Assembly (NCBI GenBank): GCA_041659225.1
Contig: JBAZYR010000004.1
Location: 9,867-73,866 of the forward strand
Origin: Candidatus Staskawiczbacteria bacterium
GTDB taxonomy: Bacteria > Patescibacteriota > Minisyncoccia > Minisyncoccales > Staskawiczbacteraceae
DNA: 64,000 nt
Direction of reading: 5' to 3'
The notes under the pieces were generated by a model that made no database searches, was not told the origin of the DNA, and saw only the letters and a program-made list of their open reading frames with translations. This document shows positions 19,624-28,878 of this stretch, one piece after another. The position numbers and the translations under genes were made by a program. Positions within the stretch are counted from its first letter, which is position 1. Each line of letters begins with the position of its first letter.

Positions 19624-20064
19624 ATGAAACAAAGTAACAACACCTACATTATTGTAATAGTCAGTATTGTAGTCTTGTTTGGAATTGGCTGCTTGGTTGG
19701 TTTTAGTTTTGAGAAATCAAGAACCTCTGCTTCCATTGAAAAACTCCAAACTCTATCAAGCGTCCTTAACTCCTTAAGCTCTTCTCAGATAATTGTTTCA
19801 ACTATTGCTTATGGCAGAGTAAAAAGCATTTCTGACTCAACCATTGTTCTGAACCGTGGAGAAGAAGACTTATCCGTAGCCATGATTCCAGATGCTCAGG
19901 TTTACCTGCTCTCAAACAATGGAGGAGATCTTGGTTCACAGAAACAATCTCAGCTAACAGACATTAAAATCGGAGACGACTTAAACATCAGCGTTAAAAT
20001 TCTTCCTGACGGCCAGATACAAGGATTGTCTGCAGTCATATTTCCGCCAATAGTTGCACAATAG
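19624..20064 (+). CDS. Hypothetical N-terminally membrane-anchored protein, 146 aa
   Basis: One N-terminal TM helix. Lies 39 nt upstream of the giant Cys-rich gene, so probably co-transcribed. Confidence 0.55.
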   Translation: MKQSNNTYIIVIVSIVVLFGIGCLVGFSFEKSRTSASIEKLQTLSSVLNSLSSSQIIVSTIAYGRVKSISDSTIVLNRGEEDLSVAMIPDAQVYLLSNNGGDLGSQKQSQLTDIKIGDDLNISVKILPDGQIQGLSAVIFPPIVAQ

Positions 20065-20103
20065 CAATCTCGGAAGTTATCGAACAAAAGGACTTTATCG
20101 ATA

Positions 20104-23100
20104 ATGAAAAAGATAACACAATTTCTAGTCTTAGTAGCATTCTCTTTGCTGGTTTTTGGGTGCGTAAAATATGCGGCTATTGTTGAAGCTACAACCGGAC
20201 AGGAGGTTGCTAATGCAATTTCTGGATTGGAAATAGTAGAGGGGGATATAGTGGATTGGGGATATTGCACCGATGGAATGGGTACCTACGAGTGTGCAGG
20301 TAACGATGGTTGGTGCGGTGGTTATCCTGGCTGCTGGTGTGGCGGTTGCGCTAACCAACCTGATAATTGCGGGAATTTGTCGGGTGGTTGTTTGGCTAAA
20401 GCAGTCGATCTTTGTTGGAACGCAGGAAGTCAAGAAGCTTGGATTACATGCATGGAAGGCCCAGGCTGTCGTCCGATGTGCCTTATACGACCTTGCATGG
20501 CAGATCCTACATCACCCGAATGTAATGCTCAAAATGTAGAGGTAGGAGTCAGTCCTGACACGACAAATGTTTGCGGTAAAATTACAGTTGACCTTACGGC
20601 AAGTCTTGAAGCGATGGCGACATGCCATTATGGTGAACCAGCCGGAGTTTTCGGTTGGGCTAAGTTCTGGAAGGGAACCACCCGTTACCCTGCTAATCTT
20701 TTAATAAATCTTTCAAGAGATTCTAGCAAAGTTGCCGCAGGGCCAATTGGCTGGGATAACTGCCCAATGGCGTCTGAAACCGGAGCAAACTTTTTTTATC
20801 TAGGTGGCGGCACAGAGTCAGCCTCTCCCGAGCACGAGGTATTCAGTATAGAATATATTGCAGATGCTTTCCAAGTAGACGCAACAGCCAGTGTTTCTGC
20901 TACGTTTTCGAAATGCCAAAAAAAACGGCCGGATGATGCCGGGACTTACGACCCAAATTGTTCCTGTAATTCCTGTATAACTGATGAAGACTGCAGGCTA
21001 ACAGCTGCAGGTTGCGGCGGAAGTTCACGATGTTCTGGAGACGGAGAATCTGAAATGGTATGCGGTGAAGGCAACTGTTGCGAATGGAGAGACTGCGGCC
21101 CGCAAACCCAAGAACCCGATGCTTGTTGCGACAATACCCCGACTGACGTAGGCTCAGATGGAAAATGCCGGGAGGCAGATACTTGCGCAGCAGCAAATCA
21201 GAATTCCAAAGGAGAGTGGGGTTGCGGCACATTGTGCGGCGACACCTTTTATTCTGACGGCTGCGAGCTTAGGGCAGCTGGCACACGTCTTACAACCTGT
21301 CCGGCCTTCGGTGATACTGGATTACCATTTTGTTCGTGTACAGCCGGCTGCTACAACAAAAAAATATTGACATCTTTGACAGGTTGCGCCGACTGCCAAT
21401 CTACCGGCGAACTGCGTTGTGGAGGATCAGGATCTGCCAGTCTTTGCGGTAGCGGCTCTCAACCGGCTGGCGTCCAGCACAAGGAAACCAGCCCCAAATG
21501 TGTAGTGAATGGTGGCATAGCCAGTTGTAGCGGCACCACAGTTGAGTGGATAACTGACACCCCTTGCATCCCATATGACCCTAATGAAGCAGACGGCTGT
21601 GTAGATTCAGGAACAAAAGTGTGCCAGGGTCATAAAATTGTTCCAGTGCTCAACTGTAGAAAATGTAAAACAGGGCCCAGCGGTCCCTACTGCGATACAA
21701 CCCCAAAGTATGGCCCTGGCGTGGATTGCTCCGGCTCAACGGTAGACAGCTATACCTTTTGTTCTGGAAAACAGGTAATGCAATTTACAAGAACTTGTGT
21801 GATGGGTTGTCTTAATGGCGGCTGCGTCTTTACATGCACAACCAAAACAGAAGCAGTCGCCACCTGTCCCTACTGCTGCGTTCAGGGCGAGAGCGGAGCT
21901 TCCTGCGCAGGGAACTGCAACGCAGGCGACAGTAGCACGGCTTGCCCTAAATGTGGAACCAAATACTGCGGAGAAAACTGCTCCTGGGGTCCTTGCCAAA
22001 ACATGAAAGACTGCAATCCAGGGCAAACCAAAGGCTGCACCTGCGGAGACACCTGGACCCAGCTTACCTGCGGAGGTGATTGCACCTGGCCTCCGTGCAA
22101 ATGCCACACCCAGTGCATAGGAGGTTACTGCAAGACAGTTCCAGGAGAGGGATCTGACGAGTGTTCGGGCAACGCCGAATGCCAGCATACTGAGTGCGGA
22201 ACATATGATCTGTTCGGTACAACCATTGGAATGTGCATGGCCGTGCTCTCCAAAGGAACAGACCAGTGCACGGTTGGATGTCCTCCTGGCCAAACCAGCT
22301 GTCCTGCTGATTGCAACCATACAGAATGTACCGGTTCCCCAGGCAACCGCAAATGTACCAATGTCCCTTCGCAAGGAACCAATCAATGCGCAACCGCTGA
22401 GGACTGCGATGACTGTACCGGTCCCTGTTGTGAAAGCGATGCCTGCACTCCAGGCCAATCCAGTGACTGCGGAAACTGCGGTCATCAGTCCTGCGGTGCT
22501 GATTGTACAATGGGACCCTGTGTAGAACCGCCAAATGCCTGCACTCCAGGTACTACCCGAATTGCCTGCGGTCAAACTCAAACATGTTCAGCCGGCTGCA
22601 CGTGGTTTGGCAGCAGTTCTGAAGGCTGCAAACCAGGAGAAACCAAGCCTTGCCCTTGCGGCGGTCCGTCATTGCAGTGCGGTGCTGATTGCAAATGGAT
22701 TGGCCAATGTTCAAGCCATAACATATGTTCAGGAACATCCTGTATCTGCGTGACTGGCAGCGGAATGAGCGAGTGCGGACCAGGAAAGGGTTGCTCGCAC
22801 ACAGAGTGCGTTGATGGAACCTGCAAGCTTGTGCCAGGAGCAGGGGCTGATCAATGCGGTGCAGAAACCAAGTGCAACCACAAAGTATGTAACGACGTTA
22901 CTCACCTCTGTATTACCGTTAACGGATCAGGAGAAGACAACTGTCCCAACAACTGCCTGCAGTGTACCCAAGGACAAGTGCGAGATTGCGGTAAATGCGG
23001 GGAACAAACCTGCAACAGCAAAGGAGAGTGGGGGCCTTGTCAAAACGAAGGAGTGTGCGAGTCCGGAGAAACTAAAGACTGCGCCTGCGGAGGGAAACAA

Positions 23101-25293
23101 ACCTGCACTGATTGCCAATGGGACAAGCCATGCTCGAACCATTCTATATGTGAAAACGGAATCTGCAAATGTACGCCTACTGCAGGAAACGACGAATGCA
23201 GCGGAGACGGCGACTGCAAACACCTGGATTGCAACCCAACTACCCGAATCTGCGAGCTATTTATCGGCAAAGGCGCAGATAAATGTAAATCCACTGACGA
23301 CTGCGTAGACCACACCATATGCAATGACGACGATATCTGCGAAACAGTTCCTGGCCAAGGCGAAGATGAGTGTGAAACCGATATTGATTGTGAAAAGTGC
23401 CTGCCGGGAAGCAAGCGCGACTGCGGAACCAAGTGCGGAGACCAAACTTGCGGCGCCGACGGAAAATGGGGCCCTTGCCTTAACGAAGGAGTATGCTCTT
23501 CCGGCGACACTGACAGTTGCTTCTGCGGAGGCAGCCGTTCATGCAACTCCTTGACCTGCCAATGGACTGATTGCCCTCTTTTCCATTCTGTCTGTGAACA
23601 AACAGGAAACCAAGACTGCGTCTGCGTTACCGGTTCCGGCATTGACAAATGCGCCAGTTCTGCTTTTTGCAAAAAATGTACGCCATATACCTCGCGTCCC
23701 TGCGGCAACTGCGGAACCCAAAGCTGTAAACCGGACGGAACCTGGGATACTTGCCAGAACCAAGGTTCCTGCAAAATTGGAGACTCGAGACCCTGTACCG
23801 GCTGCGGCGGAGGAAATCAGACTTGCAACAGTCAGTGCCAATGGGGTCCTTGCCCGAGCGGGCATAATGATTGCATAGGAGAGCAGTGTACCTGCCATCC
23901 TATCGCAGGAACAGACACCTGCCTTAACAGTGCTGACTGCGTAGAGTGTCCGATAGTAGGAGCAATTCGTACCTGCGGCAACTGCGGAGAACAAGAATGT
24001 CTGAGCACCCACCGGTGGAGCCAATGTACCGGTCAAGGCGAGTGCGTCGGAGGCACGACCCGGAACTGCGCCTGCGGCATAGATACTCAGCTTTGTGATC
24101 CCGTAACCTGCCTCTGGGGGCCGTGTCCTACAGGCCATAAAATATGTGACGGGGCAACTTGCAGGTGCACACCAGGCGCAGGTGTGAATGAATGTTCCAT
24201 CAATGCTAATTGCAGAGGTTGCACCCCGAGCACATCCCGTCCTTGCGGCAACTGCGGGACCCAAGTCTGCAAAGCTGACGGAACCTGGGACGAATGCACT
24301 GGCCAAGGCGAGTGTTCCCCTGACGAAGAAAGAGACTGCATTTGTACGACAGGAAAGCAGGTGTGTTCAGACCAATGCGCGTGGGACCCATGCCCTAACC
24401 TTCATTCAATTTGCCAGCAAGACGGAGGAGAATACACAGGAGACTGCAACTGTATCTTAGGATCAGGTTTTGACGAATGTGCAGCTGAATCTGAATGCAA
24501 GCATAATGAATGTAACAATATTTTACAATGCATTTTACTTAACGGTCCAGGAGACAGCGAGTGCATAGACGATCAGGGATGCGAACGAACTCCTCCGGAG
24601 GTTCAAGAGCCAACAATATTTCCGCCAAACTACTGCGTTGGAGCTCAAGGATTTGCCCAGGTTACTATCCAGTGGAAATATTTTGACCAGGACGGCAACC
24701 ACGAGAGTGGATTCATGATTCAAATCGACGACGATCCGTCTTTCGGCCACCCCGAAATTTATCGGGAATTCTCTAACGTCGACAATCCAAGCGAAACCAT
24801 CCAAACCCAGATAATCACCATTAAAAACGAGCCGACTGTTCCAGGAGGCGAGTATCTTACCTACGGCACCACTTACTACACCCAAGTATTGGTTTTTGAC
24901 AGCACCAATCTGGATTCCGGATTTGTTAATTTCCCTGCCTTCACCACCGTTGCCCATCCGTACCCATTCACCGAGTTTGTTTATTTCCCTACAGCTCCCC
25001 AGCCCGAGACCGAGGTGGAGTTTACAGATTTGTCCCTTTGTTACACAGATGCCTTAATCGACCCGGTCTCCTGCCAGGTGTTAGCGGTTCCGTACACCTG
25101 GGTTTTTGGAGATCACACAACCCCTGATAACACGCCAGGGAATGTCTTCCATACATATATGACTCAGGGAAGTTATCCTGCCACCTTGAATATCTGCGAC
25201 CTGGAAGGTTATTGCTGCCTGGCTAGCCACAGGGTGCAGGTGAAGATTCCTTCCAACAACCCGGATTACCAGGAGATCTGGCCGTTTTGGTAG
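20104..25293 (+). CDS. Giant secreted cysteine-rich modular protein (1729 aa) with C-terminal FN3-like and PKD-like domains
   Basis: Signal peptide, possibly with a lipobox (LLVFGC). Tandem Cys-rich modules. C-terminal WVFGDHTTPDNTPGNVFHTYMTQGSYPATL fits the PKD consensus. Confidence 0.85.
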   Translation: MKKITQFLVLVAFSLLVFGCVKYAAIVEATTGQEVANAISGLEIVEGDIVDWGYCTDGMGTYECAGNDGWCGGYPGCWCGGCANQPDNCGNLSGGCLAKAVDLCWNAGSQEAWITCMEGPGCRPMCLIRPCMADPTSPECNAQNVEVGVSPDTTNVCGKITVDLTASLEAMATCHYGEPAGVFGWAKFWKGTTRYPANLLINLSRDSSKVAAGPIGWDNCPMASETGANFFYLGGGTESASPEHEVFSIEYIADAFQVDATASVSATFSKCQKKRPDDAGTYDPNCSCNSCITDEDCRLTAAGCGGSSRCSGDGESEMVCGEGNCCEWRDCGPQTQEPDACCDNTPTDVGSDGKCREADTCAAANQNSKGEWGCGTLCGDTFYSDGCELRAAGTRLTTCPAFGDTGLPFCSCTAGCYNKKILTSLTGCADCQSTGELRCGGSGSASLCGSGSQPAGVQHKETSPKCVVNGGIASCSGTTVEWITDTPCIPYDPNEADGCVDSGTKVCQGHKIVPVLNCRKCKTGPSGPYCDTTPKYGPGVDCSGSTVDSYTFCSGKQVMQFTRTCVMGCLNGGCVFTCTTKTEAVATCPYCCVQGESGASCAGNCNAGDSSTACPKCGTKYCGENCSWGPCQNMKDCNPGQTKGCTCGDTWTQLTCGGDCTWPPCKCHTQCIGGYCKTVPGEGSDECSGNAECQHTECGTYDLFGTTIGMCMAVLSKGTDQCTVGCPPGQTSCPADCNHTECTGSPGNRKCTNVPSQGTNQCATAEDCDDCTGPCCESDACTPGQSSDCGNCGHQSCGADCTMGPCVEPPNACTPGTTRIACGQTQTCSAGCTWFGSSSEGCKPGETKPCPCGGPSLQCGADCKWIGQCSSHNICSGTSCICVTGSGMSECGPGKGCSHTECVDGTCKLVPGAGADQCGAETKCNHKVCNDVTHLCITVNGSGEDNCPNNCLQCTQGQVRDCGKCGEQTCNSKGEWGPCQNEGVCESGETKDCACGGKQTCTDCQWDKPCSNHSICENGICKCTPTAGNDECSGDGDCKHLDCNPTTRICELFIGKGADKCKSTDDCVDHTICNDDDICETVPGQGEDECETDIDCEKCLPGSKRDCGTKCGDQTCGADGKWGPCLNEGVCSSGDTDSCFCGGSRSCNSLTCQWTDCPLFHSVCEQTGNQDCVCVTGSGIDKCASSAFCKKCTPYTSRPCGNCGTQSCKPDGTWDTCQNQGSCKIGDSRPCTGCGGGNQTCNSQCQWGPCPSGHNDCIGEQCTCHPIAGTDTCLNSADCVECPIVGAIRTCGNCGEQECLSTHRWSQCTGQGECVGGTTRNCACGIDTQLCDPVTCLWGPCPTGHKICDGATCRCTPGAGVNECSINANCRGCTPSTSRPCGNCGTQVCKADGTWDECTGQGECSPDEERDCICTTGKQVCSDQCAWDPCPNLHSICQQDGGEYTGDCNCILGSGFDECAAESECKHNECNNILQCILLNGPGDSECIDDQGCERTPPEVQEPTIFPPNYCVGAQGFAQVTIQWKYFDQDGNHESGFMIQIDDDPSFGHPEIYREFSNVDNPSETIQTQIITIKNEPTVPGGEYLTYGTTYYTQVLVFDSTNLDSGFVNFPAFTTVAHPYPFTEFVYFPTAPQPETEVEFTDLSLCYTDALIDPVSCQVLAVPYTWVFGDHTTPDNTPGNVFHTYMTQGSYPATLNICDLEGYCCLASHRVQVKIPSNNPDYQEIWPFW
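21913..24582 (+). repeat. Tandem coding repeats: about seven Cys-rich modules inside the giant gene
   Basis: Recurrent pattern C-x-P-G-x3-R-x-CG-x-CG-x-Q-x-C..G-x-W-x2-C..CxCGG..C-x-W-x2-C, then H-x2-C..C-x-C-x-P/T-x-G-x-D/N-E-C. The modules at 23677-23946 and 23947-24219 each have 16 Cys in 90-91 aa. Confidence 0.85.
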
Positions 25294-25319
25294 GGGGACA
25301 ATATTCTTACAGTTAAAAC

Positions 25320-25340
25320 AACGCCCCCAAGAGGGGCGTT
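25320..25340 (+). terminator. Hairpin after the giant gene
   Basis: AACGCCCC-caaga-GGGGCGTT. The T tail is weak, and the 3' arm overlaps the next promoter's -35. Confidence 0.45.
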
Positions 25341-25367
25341 GACTATTTGGAATTCATCTGCTAAACT
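25339..25367 (+). promoter_or_regulatory. Sigma70-like promoter for rpmF
   Basis: TTGACT, 17-nt spacer, TAAACT. Confidence 0.45.
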
Positions 25368-25389
25368 TAAAAAAAGATTTTCAATACTT

Positions 25390-25671
25390 ATGGCAGTTCC
25401 AAAACGAAGAAAAACAAGTTCCAGGAGAGACCAGAGAAGAATGCATCTTTTCCTAAAAACTCCTACCTTGACTTCATGTCCAAAATGCAAGAAGTCGATA
25501 AAACCACACACAGTTTGTATGAACTGCGGTTTTTATAACGGGCATGAGGTGATTGATGTTATGGGGAAGCTGACTAAAAAAGAACGAAAGGCTCGCGAAA
25601 AGGAAATTAAGAAATCCGGCAAAGAAGATAAGTCAGACAAGCCCCTGACAATGGAAGGGTTGTCCAAGTAA
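25390..25671 (+). CDS. rpmF: 50S ribosomal protein L32 with Lys-rich C-terminal extension
   Basis: MAVPKRRKTSSRRDQRR plus zinc-ribbon CPKC..C..CG. Start chosen at the internal ATG of the tracked ORF. Confidence 0.85.
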   Translation: MAVPKRRKTSSRRDQRRMHLFLKTPTLTSCPKCKKSIKPHTVCMNCGFYNGHEVIDVMGKLTKKERKAREKEIKKSGKEDKSDKPLTMEGLSK

Positions 25672-25690
25672 TAACGATTAAATAATTTGT

Positions 25691-26125
25691 ATGGCCAGCC
25701 GTCATTTATCAAGGTCAATCGTGATGCAGAGTCTGTACGAATGGGATTTTTACGAAAAAAAAGAAGGCATGTTAGATCCGATTATGGAAAGGAATATCCG
25801 GGATTTAGGTCCAGGACTTGAGGATGTACATTTCGCCTGGGATTTATTAAAAGGAGTTGTCAGTCATATATCAAAGATTGACAAAATTATTGAAAAGGCA
25901 GCGCCAGAATGGCCAATTCTGCAAATACCTATTGTCGACAGAAATGTTTTACGAATCGGTTTGTACGAATTGCTATACAGCAACAAAGATGAAGTTCCGC
26001 CTAAGGTTGCCTTGAATGAAGCAATAGAATTAGCTAAAACATTCGGAGGCGAAAGTTCAGGCAAGTTCATTAATGGTGTTTTAGGATCAGTTTACAAAAA
26101 TTTAGAATTAAAAAAAGAAAAATAG
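25691..26125 (+). CDS. nusB: Transcription antitermination factor NusB
   Basis: [31 protein letters not shown]. 144 aa. Confidence 0.85.
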   Translation: MASRHLSRSIVMQSLYEWDFYEKKEGMLDPIMERNIRDLGPGLEDVHFAWDLLKGVVSHISKIDKIIEKAAPEWPILQIPIVDRNVLRIGLYELLYSNKDEVPPKVALNEAIELAKTFGGESSGKFINGVLGSVYKNLELKKEK

Positions 26126-26188
26126 CTACGAATTTGCGAATTTTTACGAATATGCAAGCATATTAGTACTGATTCGTAGTTTCGTAGA
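26126..26188 (+). promoter_or_regulatory. Compound inverted-repeat structure in the nusB-rnc spacer
   Basis: CTACGAAT (26126-26133) pairs with ATTCGTAG (26172-26179). Inner hairpin TACGAATATGC-aa-GCATATTAGTA. Extra ACGAA / TTCGTAG copies nearby. Confidence 0.45.
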
Positions 26189-26194
26189 AAAACT

Positions 26195-26884
26195 GTGAAA
26201 GATTTTTCAAAGCTTGAAAAGCAGTTGGGAATAAAATTCAATAACCAAGATCTTTTAATCCAGGCATTCGTCCACAGATCTTACCTCAACGAGAATCCAG
26301 ATTTCAATTTAAAGAATAATGAAAGACTAGAATTCCTAGGAGACGCGGTGTTGGAGCTGGTTATAAGCGAGTATCTTTATGCTGAATATCCGGATAAGCC
26401 GGAAGGGGAGCTGACTAATTGGAGGGCGTCCTTGGTAAATGCGAAGATGTTAGCTGAAGTTGCTCAGGAAACAGAATTAGGTGAGTTCCTGCTTTTATCA
26501 AAAGGAGAAGCAAAAGAAAGCGGAAAAGCCCGTTACTATATCCTAGCCAACACTTTGGAAGCATTAATCGGTTCTATTTATCTTGACCTGGGCTACGAAG
26601 CCTGCGACCAGTTTATTAAAAAATACATTGTCGTAAAGCTGCCGAATATATTGGAGACTGGCCTTTACAAAGATGCTAAGTCGAGGTTCCAGGAAGAAGC
26701 CCAAGACAGGACAGGAGTAACTCCGACCTATAAAGTCCAGAAAGAGTGGGGGCCGGATCACGCCAAGCAGTTTACCGTCGGAGTATTTTTGAAGGATCAA
26801 TTAGTGGCTGAAGGCGATGGATCTTCAAAACAGGAAGCAGAAGGCGAAGCAGCTAAAAAAGCATTAGAAATTAAACATTGGTAG
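26195..26884 (+). CDS. rnc: Ribonuclease III
   Basis: ERLEFLGDAVLE signature and a C-terminal dsRBD. GTG start. Confidence 0.93.
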   Translation: MKDFSKLEKQLGIKFNNQDLLIQAFVHRSYLNENPDFNLKNNERLEFLGDAVLELVISEYLYAEYPDKPEGELTNWRASLVNAKMLAEVAQETELGEFLLLSKGEAKESGKARYYILANTLEALIGSIYLDLGYEACDQFIKKYIVVKLPNILETGLYKDAKSRFQEEAQDRTGVTPTYKVQKEWGPDHAKQFTVGVFLKDQLVAEGDGSSKQEAEGEAAKKALEIKHW

Positions 26885-26896
26885 AAAAATAAAAAT

Positions 26897-27268
26897 ATGT
26901 TAGTTATAAGATTTTTAAGAGTAGGAAAAAAGAATCAGCCATCCTTCAGGATTGTTGTGACTGATAAAAGGAAAGCATCACGTGCCGGAAGGTTCGTAGA
27001 GATTTTAGGTAACTATAACCCTTCTACAAAAAGAACAAGCGTTAAAAAAGAAAGAGTTCTGTACTGGATCGGGAAAGGAGCGCAGCCTTCAGACAGCGTT
27101 CATAACTTATTGGTTAAAGCCAAAGTCATAGAAGGAAAGAAGAAAGCAGTGCACGCAAAGAGTAAAAAAACTAAAGAACCGGAAAAGCCGGCAGCAGTTG
27201 CGCCGACTACCGAACAATCGAAAGTTGAAGCGCCGGCAGAGAAGATTGAACCCGCAGCTGGAGCCTAG
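26897..27268 (+). CDS. rpsP: 30S ribosomal protein S16 with Ala/Pro/Lys-rich C-terminal tail
   Basis: MLVIRFLRVGKKNQPSFRIVVTD. 123 aa. Confidence 0.93.
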   Translation: MLVIRFLRVGKKNQPSFRIVVTDKRKASRAGRFVEILGNYNPSTKRTSVKKERVLYWIGKGAQPSDSVHNLLVKAKVIEGKKKAVHAKSKKTKEPEKPAAVAPTTEQSKVEAPAEKIEPAAGA

Positions 27269-27291
27269 CCCGTTATAATATTGAATAGTTG

Positions 27292-27318
27292 AAACGCGCG
27301 ATCAGTCCGCGCGTTTTT
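27292..27318 (+). terminator. Rho-independent terminator after rpsP
   Basis: ACGCGCG-atcagtc-CGCGCGT followed by TTTT. Confidence 0.7.
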
Positions 27319-27424
27319 AGTTATTTGACATTTTTCAAGATCATGATAGAAAGATGGAGTGTTCGTTTAAAACAGTCACACTCCACATTAACCAACTATA
27401 CGTTACCTGAAAGGAGGCTCGTCC

Positions 27425-28150
27425 ATGGTTCTGACCGATTTTAGAAAAGAAGATCTTCTGAGTATTGATCCAAATGATTTCACGGAGGTAGCGTTATCTC
27501 CGGATGAGATTTGGCATATTTTCACTACCCTAGGCGCTGTCTGGGTTTACGAGGGGGAACCAGATGCCAAAAAGCCGCATGCGGCTTTTACTTCGGGCAA
27601 ATGTTGCAACGGATATATCAGCTGTCGAAAAGTCCTTTGCTATCCGAATCTCTGCGAACTTCTAGCCGTTCAACATGTTAAAGCCTTGCGGCGTTTGGGT
27701 TGGATCGAAAAAGTCGATTGGGTTATAGGTTCCGTTGACAGCGTTGTCACTTGGTCCTATGAGGTCGCTCGAACGCTTCATGCAAGACATGGGTTCTGCG
27801 AAAAAGACCCAGCCGACCCAGAACAAAGGCGGATGATTTGGAAAGAAGAAATTCCGATAGGAGCCGAGGTTTTGTACACCGAAGATCTAGTTATCGCGAA
27901 AGAGACCTCTGAGGTTGCAAAGTCGGCAGTAAGGAAAAGTAATCCGCATCGTCCGATTAATTTCTATCCGTTTATCAGCGCTTTGGTTCATAGACCGGCT
28001 AGTACCGGCCCCTTAGCTACTAACGGGGTTGTCCCTCTCATTTTCCGGGTTTTCCAGACCTGGGAACGGCTTGATTGTCCCTACTGCCATGTTTGCTCCG
28101 CCCGGTTGCATCCCGAGAGAGATTGGGCCAGGCTTCTTGGCCGGGTGTGA
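27425..28150 (+). CDS. Hypothetical protein, possibly phosphoribosyltransferase-like with a degenerate PRPP loop (GC-richer islet)
   Basis: AGGAGG 7 nt before the ATG. Layout resembles PyrE-like PRTases (HAAFTSGK.., VDWVIGS.., AEVLYTEDLVIAKETS) but the PRPP loop is not canonical. A sample line counts 33/60 GC. Confidence 0.45.
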   Translation: MVLTDFRKEDLLSIDPNDFTEVALSPDEIWHIFTTLGAVWVYEGEPDAKKPHAAFTSGKCCNGYISCRKVLCYPNLCELLAVQHVKALRRLGWIEKVDWVIGSVDSVVTWSYEVARTLHARHGFCEKDPADPEQRRMIWKEEIPIGAEVLYTEDLVIAKETSEVAKSAVRKSNPHRPINFYPFISALVHRPASTGPLATNGVVPLIFRVFQTWERLDCPYCHVCSARLHPERDWARLLGRV

Positions 28151-28160
28151 AGTGTATATA

Positions 28161-28199
28161 AAAAAAGTAGCCGGCTACACAGGTGTAGTTCGGCTTTTT
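28161..28199. terminator. Bidirectional hairpin terminator between convergent genes
   Basis: A-run, AGCCGGCTACAC / GTGTAGTTCGGCT stem, T-run. Confidence 0.6.
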
Positions 28200-28810
28200 C
28201 ATTTCACGGTTCTTGCTCGTTGGTAGTAACCAATGAGGCTTTTTATTGCATAATAAATTACCACGATTAAAAGGGTGTCGATGAGATAGACTGCAGAACT
28301 GAATAAATCGCAGTTAAGACATTTCTCCAGCGCGAGAACAATAAGCCATATGGCTACCAGAAAAAACTGGATAAACATTTTAATTCTGCCGTTTTGTCCG
28401 GCCTTTACGCTGCGTCCTGTGAGAAGGTCATAGAGCCAGCGACCCATTAAGCCGCATTCCAGCAGGATAACGAATCCTGTGAGGATGATGGTGGGCGGAG
28501 TTAAGTAAAAAAACCTATGTTCGGTTCTGTTCAAATACCATACCAATAGCAGCAGGACAGTGCAGATGAAGATTTTATCTCTGAACCTATCGATTGCTTC
28601 TCCGAAGGCGCTTTGAATTTTGAAATATCGTGCCACCTTGCCATCAAGGAAATCAGAAAGGCCGATTAAGATAACTAGGGTTACAATTTCCCATATCCTG
28701 TATGGGTTTGTTGCGGCCAAGAAAATCAGCCCGAAGGTGAGAAACAAGCCAGAAACCGTGATTATGTTCGCTAAGTTTTTAAAGAGCCAGGATTCCCGAG
28801 TCTGAATCAT
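28199..28810 (-). CDS. CDP-alcohol phosphatidyltransferase family protein
   Basis: DFLDGKVARYFKIQSAFGEAIDRFRDK matches DGx2ARx8Gx3Dx3D. GGGAGGA 7 nt before the ATG. Confidence 0.85.
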   Translation of the reverse strand: MIQTRESWLFKNLANIITVSGLFLTFGLIFLAATNPYRIWEIVTLVILIGLSDFLDGKVARYFKIQSAFGEAIDRFRDKIFICTVLLLLVWYLNRTEHRFFYLTPPTIILTGFVILLECGLMGRWLYDLLTGRSVKAGQNGRIKMFIQFFLVAIWLIVLALEKCLNCDLFSSAVYLIDTLLIVVIYYAIKSLIGYYQRARTVK

Positions 28811-28878
28811 TTTTTGTCCTCCCTATACAAGCCAGTGATTCGTATACAAGATTATACTACAAATTTTTTAATAGTAAA

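Noticed and set aside
20131-24957. Many long antisense or off-frame ORFs inside the giant gene, e.g. 21736-22581(-), 22064-22534(-), 23040-23774(-), 23539-24306(-) and 22811-23308(+).
   Set aside because: They lie entirely within the 1729-aa ORF, whose repeat architecture and domain logic are coherent. GC-rich Cys/Gly codon usage suppresses stop codons in the other frames. Their products are low-complexity (A/G/S/P/R-rich) with no start signals.
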